From Octopus sinensis (taxonomy: Eukaryota): a stretch of 31,815 nt of DNA. This document shows, piece by piece, positions 1-11,479 of the stretch. Numbering within the stretch: the first letter of the stretch is position 1; every line of letters starts with the position of its first letter. The notes under the pieces were generated by a model. It was not told the origin of the DNA, searched no databases, and saw nothing but the letters and a program-made list of their open reading frames with translations. The stretch covers positions 1 to 31,815 of the forward strand of contig NW_021832161.1 in the NCBI RefSeq assembly GCF_006345805.1, in the 5' to 3' direction. Both the position numbers and the translations under genes were made by a program.

Positions 1-378
1 ATTGAGAGCTGTTCCAATCCCCGTACAGGACGTCACTGTGTGGTGCCAAATGTCCCGCTTCCCCATCCAGGGTAAGAGCAGATACTGTAATAGCCTGGGT
101 TCAGGCCCTCAGCTTTTCAACAAACTGCCAAGAAAACTAGAGATCTACATGATGCGGATTGGACATTTTCAAAAAAACATCTAGTCAAGGCTGCTTTCCG
201 GGATCCCAGATTAACCCACTGCAAGGTACGAAGGTAACCTAAGGGCAGCAGCTACAAACTCTCTCTTAGATCAGTGGCCAGCCACGGCAAACTGGACTTA
301 GAGAGGGTAGCAACAAGGGCGGTGCCCCAGCATGGCCTCAGCCGGATGGCTGAAACAAGTAAAAGAGTAAAAGAGTAA
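1..378 (+). mobile_element. 3' end of L2/CR1-type LINE (decayed ORF2 C-terminus, 3' UTR stem-loop, (GTAAAAGA)n tail)
   Basis: Translation YCNSLGSGPQLFNKLPRKL resembles CR1/L2 ORF2 C-termini. Hairpin TCAGCC-GGAT-GGCTGA at 338-353. Three GTAAAAGA-type tail units, then (TA)n. Confidence 0.7.
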
Positions 379-379
379 A

Positions 380-380
<1 letters not shown>

Positions 381-415
<35 letters not shown>

Positions 416-649
416 GTGTATATATATGTTCATATATATATGTGTGTGCATATATATATTTATTTATTTATATATAAATATATTCCCCTAGTTTCTGTCC
501 AAGGACTGCGGACACACTGGGACACCACCGTTTATATTGCTACACTTTCACTAAACTTCCTCTGGTGGACATTGTGGAGGATGAGGGTAGTTTGATGTTG
601 CTGACCACTTCTGTGTTTCTTGCCTAGATGTACGTTCATCCGGAACTCT

Positions 650-687
<38 letters not shown>

Positions 688-1028
688 TATAATATATATA
701 TATATATAACGTTTCGGCGTTCGGACGAGTGTGCTGGCATTGATGTGGCAACATTTGAAGTTTTGTCTAGGTAAATGCAACTGATGAAGACTAATCAAAT
801 TTACGTTGTCAAACGTATTTGAAGAGTTAAAAACCGGTCCTGCATTATCCGATCTTAGGTTGTCCATTTATCGAATGTTCTTCCTAGAGGTAAGACAAAT
901 TTTTTTCCCATTTGTTGATCACACACGTCTTTGCTAGTATATACGCAGTGAAGCTATACAATAGCATCGTATTTATATCGATTGCTATTTACCAGTAAAT
1001 ATTGGTGCCTTTTTGTACCATTTATCAA

Positions 1029-1121
<93 letters not shown>
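381..1121. repeat. (TA)n microsatellite blocks (381-480, 653-708, 1034-1121)
   Basis: Direct reading; explains the IY-rich ORFs. Confidence 0.95.
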
Positions 1122-1122
<1 letters not shown>

Positions 1123-2144
1123 AGTTATTTTCGAAGTATTTTCCCATTATGCACCATTTTGGGTATTTATTACACCCCAACCCCCGAATATCTCAATAAC
1201 CACATTCCGTTTGTATTCACATTTCAAGGACACTTTATTTTCAAAGTATTTCTCTATTATGCAGTTTGGCTGTGTAACATTGCAAGCAAGCAAGATCGAA
1301 GTTCATTTTTAATGTAATGTAGATGAATACCTATGCATGTAAGGATGCAAGCAAGTATATATATATATATATATCTAAATATTTTTGCAAGGGTTTAGAA
1401 ATGAACGAAATAAGGACCCAATAGATTTCGTGCAATTTTTTTTATTTCTATTAAATGTTTGGCTTCTGAACTGCAATACTTAGAGATTCACAGAAGTGAG
1501 AAAACACATTTAGGAGTAATTTACCTTAACGTTCACGTTTTCTTTTCCCTCATTGCTGTGAACCTCTAACATGATGATAATGCCGATGATGATAAACATT
1601 AAACATATATAAGCATATATCTAGCTACTTCCCTGATATACATATAAATGTATATATGTGGATGCACGTGCATGCATTATGTGTGTGTGTGTGTGTGTGT
1701 GTGTGCATGTTCCAATGTAAGCTATAATTTTCATACCAATTGTAGCGACTATCTTTCATATTAAGCATTGACCGTCTTCTACCCCTGTACCGTACAGCGC
1801 GCACCAATATCATCCTACTTCATATTAACAAATAAAAATCTATCTTTACACACACAGACACACACACACACACTCTCACGCACATTCTCTCTCACACACA
1901 CAGAGTCACAAACACGTACACACACACACACACAAATATATATGTTTGTGTGTATCAGTGTGTTTGTGTTGATATATTTTATGGCAGTCACCGATAGAAC
2001 GTCTGTCAGTGAACACTGTACGCTGTTTACAGTAATAGCGCCAACCCGCGCCTTCCTCGTTTTCCGACATTTTCTTGTTATGTTTAACGCGAAAGTGAAA
2101 CTAAAGATGTCGTGAATTATATTAAATATCACATGACATGTTGT

Positions 2145-2179
2145 CTCTTTCTTCTTCTTCTTCTTCATATCATCATTAC

Positions 2180-2242
<63 letters not shown>

Positions 2243-2275
2243 CATTATTATTATTATTATTATTATCATTATTTA
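2145..2275. repeat. compound (CTT)n-(TTA)n microsatellite
   Basis: Direct reading. Confidence 0.95.
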
Positions 2276-3318
2276 TTATCCTCTTCCTCTTTTTCCCGAC
2301 TTCTTTTTCTAGAGTATTCGCTGCAGCTCCTTACATCTATTTACTCATCCACCCACCTCTGTTTCTCCTCTCTATATCTTTTTTCTTTCACCCCCATTCC
2401 CCCGCTACATCCTCGCCACGCACACCCTCTCTCTTCCCCTCTCTCTCTCTCTCTCTTACTCTCTCTCTCTATTTCTCAAGGGAACGAGAAAATAGCGGGA
2501 AATAAAACGACAGATAATATACGAACAGAGAAAATAAAAGTGGACGACTGGTAACTCAAAAATTACAGCTATTTTGTAGTATGCACAGAAATGATTGTGG
2601 TGGCGGCGGCGACTGCGGCGACGGCTGCGACGACGATGGCGGTGGCGGTGACGAGGTTATTGTGTTTGTGGTGGGAGGTGGTGGGTTGGTGGGTGCATGT
2701 GGGTGAGAGGTGGGGAAGTACTTTTGTAGTTGCTAGTGAAACCAAATAAAAACCAGTTTCTATTTCTCAATGTTACCCTAAAGTGTGATAAAATGTCACT
2801 GGATATCATGTTATAATTATTGGCAGTCATATCAGCAGCCGCAAAACTAAGTTTATGGCCCAAGGATATATATAAAAACAAATCATTTGACATATTTCTC
2901 TTATCTGTTCGATTCCTGAAAGGAATCGGTTTGTTGTACATAAAAACATTTATTTATCTCTTTCTTTTATTTAATTTATTCATTTATTAATGAGTTCATG
3001 CTACGCATGCGCGAGTTAGCGTTACACTTTTTTTTTTTCTTCTTCTTCTTCTTCTTCTTCTTCTTCTTCCGCGCGTTTAATTGGTCATCGTCCTAGAAAC
3101 ATAAATATCTTTTTGACCAACAGGCGCGAGGAGGTGGTCAATTTTGTCCATGTAAGAGATGTAGTGGAGCGAAACTAAACCTGTATCTCGAGTTTTATTG
3201 CAGGGCGAAACAGCGAAATTGAAGAGTAGCATGGAGATAAGGGGGGCAAAAAAACAACCCACCATAGAAAATAAAAGAAAATTCGATTACTGAAGGCATT
3301 TAGTGCGGTGCTCTAAAG

Positions 3319-3487
3319 TTACTACTACCGCTACTACTACTACTACTACTACTGCTACTGCTGCTGCTACTACTACTACTACTGCTACTACTGCTACTAC
3401 TACTAATACTACTACTACTACTACAAATACTACTACTACTACTACAAATACTACTACTACTACTACTACTACAAATACTACTACAAA

Positions 3488-3540
<53 letters not shown>

Positions 3541-3570
3541 ATAATAATAATAATAATGATAATAATAATA
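3319..3570. repeat. compound (TAC)n-(AAT)n microsatellite
   Basis: Direct reading. Confidence 0.95.
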
Positions 3571-3755
3571 AAGGCCGGAAATTTTGGGGGAGTGGTTAAG
3601 TCGATTTCATTGACCTCAGTATTCAACCCATTATTCAATTTATCGATTTCGAAGGAGTGGAAGGCAAAGTCAGCCGCGGCGGAATTTGAACTCGCAACAT
3701 AAAGACGGATGAAATACCGTTAATCATTCTACCCGGCATGCTAACATGCCGCCTT
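3571..3755 (-). mobile_element. tRNA-derived SINE, family B (octopus-type)
   Basis: Contains GGCAAAGTC..CGGCGGAATTTGAACTC (reverse B-box); homologous to other family B copies in the window. Confidence 0.75.
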
Positions 3756-3785
3756 CATAACAATAAAAAAAATATTAATAATAAT

Positions 3786-3840
<55 letters not shown>

Positions 3841-3886
3841 GTAATAATAATAATAATAATAATGATAATAATAATTCTTTCTGTTG

Positions 3887-4012
3887 GAGGCGCAAGGCCT
3901 CAGATTTAGTGGGGAGGGGACTAGTCGATTACATCGACCCCAGTATTTCACTGGTACTTAATTTATCGACCCAGAAAGGATGAAAAGCAAAGTCGACCTC
4001 GGCGGAATTTGA

Positions 4013-4013
<1 letters not shown>
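3887..4013 (-). mobile_element. SINE family B, partial
   Basis: AGTCGATTACATCGACCCCAG..GGTACTTAATTTATCGACCC..AAAGTCGACCTCGGCGGAATTTGAA. Confidence 0.8.
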
Positions 4014-4104
<91 letters not shown>

Positions 4105-4300
4105 GTTCAAATTTTGCCACAAGGGCAGCCACTTTGGGGGAGAGTGTGAGTCGATTACATCGTTCCCAGTGTTTCACTGGTACTTAATTTATCGACCCCG
4201 AAAGGATGAAAGGAAAAGTCCACCTCGGCGGAATTTGAACTCAGAACTTAGAGACGGGCGAAATGCTGCTAAGCATTCTGTCCGGCGAGCAAATAATTCG
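4105..4300 (-). mobile_element. SINE family B
   Basis: Near-complete homologue of the other family B copies. Confidence 0.8.
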
Positions 4301-4321
4301 CTATGTAGAATTCTTTCTGTT

Positions 4322-4516
4322 ATAGGCTCAGGACTTGAAATTGTCTTTGGTGGAATTAAGTCGATTACACCATCTCCAGTGCTTGCCTGATATTTATATT
4401 GTCAACTCCAAAAGGGTTAAAGTTCAAATCGACCTCGGTGAATTTGAACTCAGACCGTAAAGACGGACGGAAAGCATTTTGCTCGACTGGCTAACGATTC
4501 TGCCAGCTCACTGCCC
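4322..4516 (-). mobile_element. SINE family B, diverged
   Basis: GACCTCGGTGAATTTGAACTCAG..GCTAACGATTCTGCCAGCTCACTGCC, the reverse of the tRNA-like head. Confidence 0.75.
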
Positions 4517-4807
4517 CCTTGACTACTAATTTAGACATTTAGCAGCAGGTTTAAGGGAAGGGGATAACTCGACCTTACTACCATCGACCTTACTATTTGG
4601 CTCATACTTTACTGACTCAGGACGAATGAAAGCAGGATTTGAACCCTACGTCAATGCTGTACTAAAAAACTGTTAAATTCGCCACCAGATTATTTCATCA
4701 CCTTTTCAAAGCTACAGTAAGAACACACGTGACGTTAAACATCACATGACACCATTCCATATAGAATTTTGCAAAAATAATTACAGCACAATATTTCTCA
4801 GTAGCAA

Positions 4808-5025
4808 ATCGGCGAGCTGACGGAATGGTACCACCGCGGCGGACAAATACTTAGCGGCATTTCTTCCGATTTTTTCATTCTGAGTCCAAATTTCCGCCGA
4901 GGTTGACTTTGCATTTCATGCTTTCGGGGTCGATAAAATAAGTACCAGTTGAGCACTAGGATCGATGTAATCGACTAGTCCCCACCTCCCCCAATTTGAT
5001 GGCCTTGTGCCAAAATTTGAAACCA
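4808..5025 (+). mobile_element. SINE family B
   Basis: Head GGCGAGCTGACGGAATGG, B-box-like GAGTCCAAATTTCC, body GGGGTCGATAAAATAAGTACCAG. Confidence 0.8.
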
Positions 5026-5176
5026 ATATTGCTCAGGAGATCGATGTCTCCAAATTTTTGAATAGAAATGTGAAGATATGTTAAGAAAGTTGCTATAGGT
5101 ACATTACATATACCCACCTATGTATGTATAAATGCATATATATTTGTATGTATCTATTGTACAGTGAAAGTACATA

Positions 5177-5500
5177 ACTCAGTGATTAGAGCGTCGAGAA
5201 CACAATCACAAGGTTGGGAGTTGGATTCTCAGACCGGGCAATATTGTGTTCTTGAGCAAAACAATTTATTTCGCGTTGCTCCAGTTCACTCAGCTGTAGA
5301 AATGAGTCGCGACGTCACAGGTGCCAACCTGTATCGACTTTTACCTTTTCCTTTAGATAACCTCAGTGGCGTGGAGAGGGGAGCTTAGTATGCATGGGCC
5401 GCTGTTGGTCTTCTATAAAAACCTTTCCCGGACTTGTGCCTTGGAGGGTAACTTTCTAGGTGCAATCCCATGGTCATTCGTGACGGAAGGGGATTTTACT
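5177..5500 (+). mobile_element. tRNA-derived SINE, family C
   Basis: A-box-like TAACTCAGTGATTAGAGCG, degenerate B-box GGGAGTTGGATTCTC, then a CTCAGCTGTAGAAATGAGT core-like segment. Confidence 0.6.
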
Positions 5501-5659
5501 ATCTATTGTGTGTGTGTGTGTATAACTGCATAATAATATATCCTAATAATATTTATTCTCCGATTCGAAGCGACAATTTTTGAATACAAATGGCTGAAAA
5601 ATGATCCATTAACTTACAAAACTTATCTGGTTTATTTACAAATATTATATATAGTATGT

Positions 5660-5880
5660 TTATGTGCGTGTTTGAGTCTGTGTTTGTCAAACCCAGCATT
5701 ACTTGACAACTGATGTTGGTGTGTTTACGTTCCCGTAACTATGCTGGCCGGCAAAATAGGCCGATAGAAAAAGTACTAGGCTTACAAAGAATAAGTCCTG
5801 AGGCCAATTTCTTCGATTAAAATGCCCTTAAAGGCAGTGCCCTAAAATGGGAGTCGAATTACTGAAACAAGAAAAGAATA
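5660..5880 (+). mobile_element. SINE family A, 3' half
   Basis: GGTGTGTTTACG..AGTACTAGGCTTACAAAGAATAAGTCCTG..CTGAAACAAG; homologous to 24605-24800. Confidence 0.75.
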
Positions 5881-5914
5881 TATATATAGGTATATATGCG
5901 TGCGTCTATGTGTG

Positions 5915-6070
5915 TGCCAGGGGTTTCACACAGTTTTCATCTGTAAACTCAGTCAAAAGTCATTGGACATTGCGTAGCTGTAGTATAAGACATTTGCCAA
6001 ATGGGCCACGCAGTGGAACCGAACTCGAGACCACATTGTTACAAAGCGAGATTCTTAACCACACAGTCAT
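5915..6070 (-). mobile_element. SINE family A, 5' half, diverged
   Basis: CCACGCAGTGGAACCGAAC..TTCTTAACCACACAGTC, the reverse of the tRNA-like head. Confidence 0.65.
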
Positions 6071-6924
6071 AAATCTATAGATGAACATAAATAGTTGTGT
6101 ATTCCTCCAGTAGCAGCAGCAGACATTCTCAAGAAAATTTCTACAAATATAAACCTGGGAGGAACTTATTCCTTCCCATTCTGCTTCACGCACACATTCT
6201 CATAAAGTCAGATATATGCGTGCGTATTTGCGTATGTATGTAAACGTTCGCATTCATAAATATGTAGCGCATAGTCTCACAAACTCCTATAAACACAGAA
6301 ATATGTACGCACACATGCTGTATATGCTATAAGAACTGAAGAAATTGTCGCTAGAAGCAAACAGATTGTGAAATAACATTAACAGTTTATTGAAACTTAT
6401 CTAGAACCAGCCGAAATAGCTCCTCTGAGTAACAAAGAATCTTATAAAACCTCGCTCTTAAATCCAAACATAGATTAAGAGATTCTACAAGGGAAATTCC
6501 ACATCACCACATATTAATTCCTCGTGATATGAGTGAGTTAAAAGCCCTTTCTCCATGTTTGTATTCTCTTAGCAACTGAAAATGTGGTGCTAAATAATAT
6601 TTCGTTATAAAAGATAAAGAATATAGCGGACAGAAGCAGGAAAGATTGGAGTCACAGAAACGTGAGAGATAACTAAGTTGTCCAGAATAAAAAAGAATTA
6701 AAACTAAGAGGAATGGTGATAATTATAACAAACAAGTAGCCGTGGGTCTCCGTCGTTCCGCGATGCGGATTCAATTGTTTGATTACCTGAAATACTCTCT
6801 CGAGTTAACATCTAAACACCTGAGTATTCCAACAGACGGGTGGGCCTTTAGCATAATTTATTGGCAGAATCAATGTAGCACAGTGTATGGTAAGCGAGAC
6901 CTTTGAATCACGAGTGCAGTCTAT

Positions 6925-7400
6925 CTAGCGGGCTTCTGTACAGTTTCCGTCTGTTCAGTTACAGTCATAGTGTATAAGTCGACTCGAGGCTACAAAACAT
7001 GACATTTCTCCAGAGTACCACGCACGTAGATCGAACCTAGAGTCTCGGGGTTACTAAGTGTTATATTGTGAAACTGAATACCCTACTCCCAGTAAAAAGT
7101 GGTAGGAACCAGCCATTATAAATAGACCAGTAGGCGGTCGTCAAGAGAGGGTCGAGAGTCGAAGAGTTGAGAGTCGACAGTTCTTGTCGGTGTTTTGTGG
7201 AGCTATCAGCGATAGTAAGGCAGAGGAAGTTAGTGTATTACTATTCCGGTACCAAGAGATACAACGGTATCCGATGACTAGTAACTGCTGTGGCTACTAG
7301 CATAAAACAGCAACTACAGTACAACGGCAGTCACACATCACAACAGAGGGAGGAACCCCCCTATACAACACCAAGGTAACTTCTTAATCAATCAGTCGTA
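6925..7400 (-). mobile_element. SINE family A 5' half interrupted by a solo LTR
   Basis: GGGCTTC..CAGTTTCCGTCT..CGAGGCTAC..CCACGCA..ATCGAACC; the head resumes after 7375 as AACTTCTTAATCAATCAGTC. Confidence 0.6.
7059..7370 (+). mobile_element. solo LTR (312 bp) with 5-bp TSD
   Basis: Termini TGTTATA..TACAACA (6/7 inverted match). Flanks CTAAG (7054-7058) and CCAAG (7371-7375). TATA-like ATTATAAATAG near 7115 gives the strand. Confidence 0.65.
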
Positions 7401-7562
7401 CCTCACCTATGGTTAAGCAGAACTGCACACACTGAGACCCTTAAAATAAATTCCCTAAATGATAAAGTTAAAACAGTTTGGCACCGGTAAAGAATTTATT
7501 TGAAAAGTAAGCTTTTGGAATTAACCTCACCTCACCACAAAAAAACACAATTACTAGAAGAA

Positions 7563-7719
7563 TAGGCGTGGATGTGTGGTAAGAAGTTTGCTTCTCAACG
7601 ACATGGTTCCGGGTTCAGTCCCACTGCGTGGCAGCTTGAGCAAGTGTTATCTATTATAGCCTCGGGCCATCCAAAGCCTTGTGAATAGAATTAGCAGACA
7701 GAAACTGAAACAAGTCCAT

Positions 7720-7730
<11 letters not shown>
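7563..7730 (+). mobile_element. SINE family A, 5' half
   Basis: GGCGTGGATGTGTGGTAAGAAG..GGTTCCGGGTTCAGTCCC..CTTGAGCAAG..AAAGCCTTGTGAA..GAAACTGAAA. Confidence 0.85.
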
Positions 7731-7928
<198 letters not shown>

Positions 7929-8244
7929 AACTTTAGGTTAGTTCAAATATGTATGTGACATATATGCACCTAAAGGCAAATTCGCTGCAGTTACCGTGGA
8001 GAAAAATTCTTTCTTATGGTAAAAAAAAAAGTGATAAAATATCCTGTATGCAGTGTCTTTATACCTTTCTTTATTTTCTATAAGAGAAACTAATTAACGT
8101 ACGCTTATGTCTAAATATTGCTTGGCGCTGATACTGTTGTAATGTGTATGTATGTGTGTGTGTGTGTGTGTGTCTGTTTGTGTGTGCATGTGTGTGTGTG
8201 GTGTGTGTGTATGTGTGTGTGTGTGTGTGCATGAGAGTGTGTGT

Positions 8245-8385
8245 GTGTGTCTGCGTTTGTCCCCCCACCATCAACTGAAAACCGGTGTTGGTATGTTTAT
8301 ATCTCTGTAGCTTCGCGGTTCGATATAAAAAGACCGATAGATTATGTGCTGGGCTAAATAAAAGCGTAAGTACTGGGGTAGACCC
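8245..8385 (+). mobile_element. SINE family A, 3' part, truncated
   Basis: GTTTGTCCCCCCACCATC..GGTATGTTTA..AAGACCGATAGA..TAAGTACTGGGGTAGACC. Confidence 0.7.
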
Positions 8386-8510
8386 CAGGATTTATTCTTC
8401 GTAAGCCTAGTACTTATTCTATCTTTTGCCGAACCGCTAAGTTACGGGGACGTAAACACACTAGCATCGGTTGTCAAGCGATGTTGATGGAGACAAACAC
8501 AGACGCACAA

Positions 8511-8557
<47 letters not shown>

Positions 8558-8722
8558 CGACGGGCTTCATTCAGTTTCCGTCTACCAAATCCACTCACAA
8601 GGCTTTGGTCGGCCCGAGGCTACAGTAGAAGGTACTTGCCCAAGTTGCCACGCAGAGGGACTCAAACCAGAACCATGTGGTTCGTAAGCAAGCTACATAC
8701 CGCACAGCCACTCCTACGCCTA
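8383..8722 (-). mobile_element. SINE family A, complete head, 3'-truncated
   Basis: Close match to 24605-25013, including the internal (CA)/(TA) tract. The central CAGTTTCCGTCTACCAAATCCACTCACAAGGCTTTGGTCGG may be the Meta/MESC-type domain (recalled, unverified). Confidence 0.9.
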
Positions 8723-8859
8723 TCTTCAATTCGGTTTCCGTGCCTCTCCTCACCTATAATGAGGACAGGCGAAGGTGTGGCTGCGTGGCTGCGTGGCTGT
8801 ATGCCTGTGTAAGGAGTTTGTTTTCTGTCAACACGGAAAATTGTTCATCTTCTTGTTGC

Positions 8860-9127
8860 TGAAATCCTGGCTGTTGCTGCCATTGCTGCTGCCGCTGCTC
8901 ATGCTGCTTCTATTCTTGTTACTCTTCTTACCGTGTTTCTTCATGGTTTTGTTGCTACTGTTGTTGTTGTTCTTTCCACAGATGCTGTTGTTTCTGATGC
9001 TGCAATTAGTTGCTGCTGTTGTTTATCCTCGTGTTCTTGTGGCTGTTGTTGTTGTCCATGTTCTTGCTCATGTGGTAACAAAAGTATGTTATTGTTGTTG
9101 TTGTTGTGAATATCGCTGTTATTATTA

Positions 9128-9176
<49 letters not shown>

Positions 9177-9292
9177 CATCATCATCATCATCATCATCAA
9201 TATCATCATTATTATTATCATCAACATCATCTTTATTATTATTTTCATTCTTCTTCTTATTATTATTTTCATTATTATTATTATTATTATTA

Positions 9293-9334
<42 letters not shown>

Positions 9335-9425
9335 CATTATTAGTATTATTATTATTATTTTCATTATTATTATTATTATTATTGCTGCTGCTGCTGCCGC
9401 AGTTGCCCCTGTTGCTGTTGTTGCC
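8860..9425. repeat. compound (GTT/GCT)n-(TTA)n-(CAT)n repeat
   Basis: Direct reading. Confidence 0.9.
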
Positions 9426-9659
9426 GTATCCTTTTATCATCCCAGATGACTTGTTAATTTCTCCTAACAACGCTGTCATGTTGACCAACAGATCAATGGT
9501 GTCTGTCGAGGAGATCAATAACGATCATCGATAGCTGCTGAAAACTGTTCCATTAGCAAGGAAGTAAATTCTGTCCAATTGTTGTTAGTCATCACTTAAT
9601 TCCTTTGGTTAATCTTTATTAGATTACAGAACTGACTTAGCACTTTGCCACAGCTGACT

Positions 9660-9770
9660 TAAGCACATATACACACACATATAGACACACCTACATAAGC
9701 ATACTCATATATCCAAACATACATATATATACATACACACACATATATATATATATATAAACACACAGAC

Positions 9771-9827
<57 letters not shown>

Positions 9828-9873
9828 GTATATTCACATGCATAGACACAAACACACACACACACACACACAT

Positions 9874-9910
<37 letters not shown>

Positions 9911-10260
9911 CAGTATATATACATACATTCATGCACAAACACATACACGCGTACATACGCATATACACACACCCATACATGAGTGTATTATCGCTTATTT
10001 TCTCCTTACTATCCCCACTTTGGTAAAAGCTTCCTCCGCCCTATGTCACAACTACAATTATTTAAAATGGGATATACACATCCACACACACTTATACACG
10101 CATGCATATATACACAAAAAGCATGCACATGCATGTGTGAATATACGTACCTACATGCATACATATATATATATATGTATGTATATATATATATATATAT
10201 ACACACGCACACACACATACGAGCACACAAACACGTATATACAAACTTATTTATATACAC
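9660..10260. repeat. degenerate (TA)n/(CA)n microsatellite region
   Basis: Direct reading. Confidence 0.9.
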
Positions 10261-10324
10261 GCACATAGAGGCATGTCCACTTTCTACAGTGTCATATACT
10301 CAAACCCAACAGTAAATACATTTC

Positions 10325-10742
10325 ATACACACATACATACACACACATACATACATACACACACATACATACATACACACACATACATACATACATGCAT
10401 ACATACATACATACATACATACATACTTACATACATACATACGTACATACATACGTACATACATACATACATACATACATACATACATACATACATACAT
10501 ACATACATACATACATACATACATACATACATACATACACACATACATACATACATACATACATATATACATACATACATACGTACAAACATACATGCAT
10601 ACATACAAACAAATACATACATACATACATACATACCTACATACATACATACATACATACATACATGCATGCATACATGCATGCATGCATGCATACATAC
10701 ATACATACATACATACATACATACATACATACATACATACAT
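10325..10742. repeat. (TACA)n tetranucleotide array, ~420 bp
   Basis: Direct reading. Confidence 0.97.
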
Positions 10743-11390
10743 AAGGAGAAATGAAGGTGGTTGAGGCCTGAGATCAGTGCAGTCGGCCTTCGAATGCCAT
10801 ATGGTATCAGTCAGACAGCACCTGCTACACAACAGCAGCAAAAATGAATATATAAATGCAGTCCTGAAAAATTAAGCGAGCAGCATTGTACGAGTTAGCC
10901 ATGAACTGCTCAAGAAGCACTCTCTTCCTGATGATCTCCTATACAGCCCCAAAATAGCCGGTCTCTCTCTTACCGCAGAGAAGACCTGGATGGAAAGCAC
11001 TCAGCAAACAAAAAAGAAAAAAGACCATGCATGGGTATGTTGCCCGGAAGTTTGAAGAAGACAGTAGAATATACACGAAGCGCATCCTCTCTTGGACACA
11101 AGGCCACTACATCACATCACACTTTGAAGGCTATGCGTTTGCAATCCAGGAACAGGAGATGGCCCCAAAGTACCTGGTGAACAAAAGAGACAGTGACGCT
11201 CTTTTAATCCCAAGGTACAACTGTATGTGTAGGCTAAGTCATGTTTCTGTGGAAGACATTACACATGTGATTAGTAGCTGTCCTAACATGTCGTCACGGT
11301 GCTACCTCCCTATGCAGCACGATGTAGTTGCTAAAACAATTTACAATGTCATCCGCAAAAATGACTGTCGTGAAATAAACTTTATTAAAG
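10737..11390 (+). mobile_element. R4/Dong-clade non-LTR retrotransposon fragment (post-RT region and decayed CCHC finger)
   Basis: YIRRNEGG*GLRSV matches LYxxRxEGGRGL. Then MHG..W..EGYAFAIQEQ..CRLS..EDITHVISSCP..Y..QHDVVAKTIY matches AIQDQ..CRxC..ETIxHIxSxC..RHDxVA. Confidence 0.8.
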
Positions 11391-11479
11391 GTGACATACC
11401 ATGTTTTCTTGGCTCTCTTCATTCGCCCCTTTGACGATAGACATTGTATATCTGTCTTGGGTATTCGTACTTCTGGTAG

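Noticed and set aside
532-867. Minus ORF with FKCCH..RMNVHLGKKH, resembling a C2H2 finger or a PLE GIY-YIG segment
   Set aside because: Motifs are ambiguous between two unrelated domains and are split by (TA)n; cannot be assigned without a profile search.
6336-6390. CUGAAGA..GAAA near 6336
   Set aside because: Stem I cannot form and the stem II register is wrong; likely chance.
7563-7640. tRNA-like sequences (also at 4808, 5177, 18097)
   Set aside because: They are SINE heads with A/B boxes; no complete cloverleaf.
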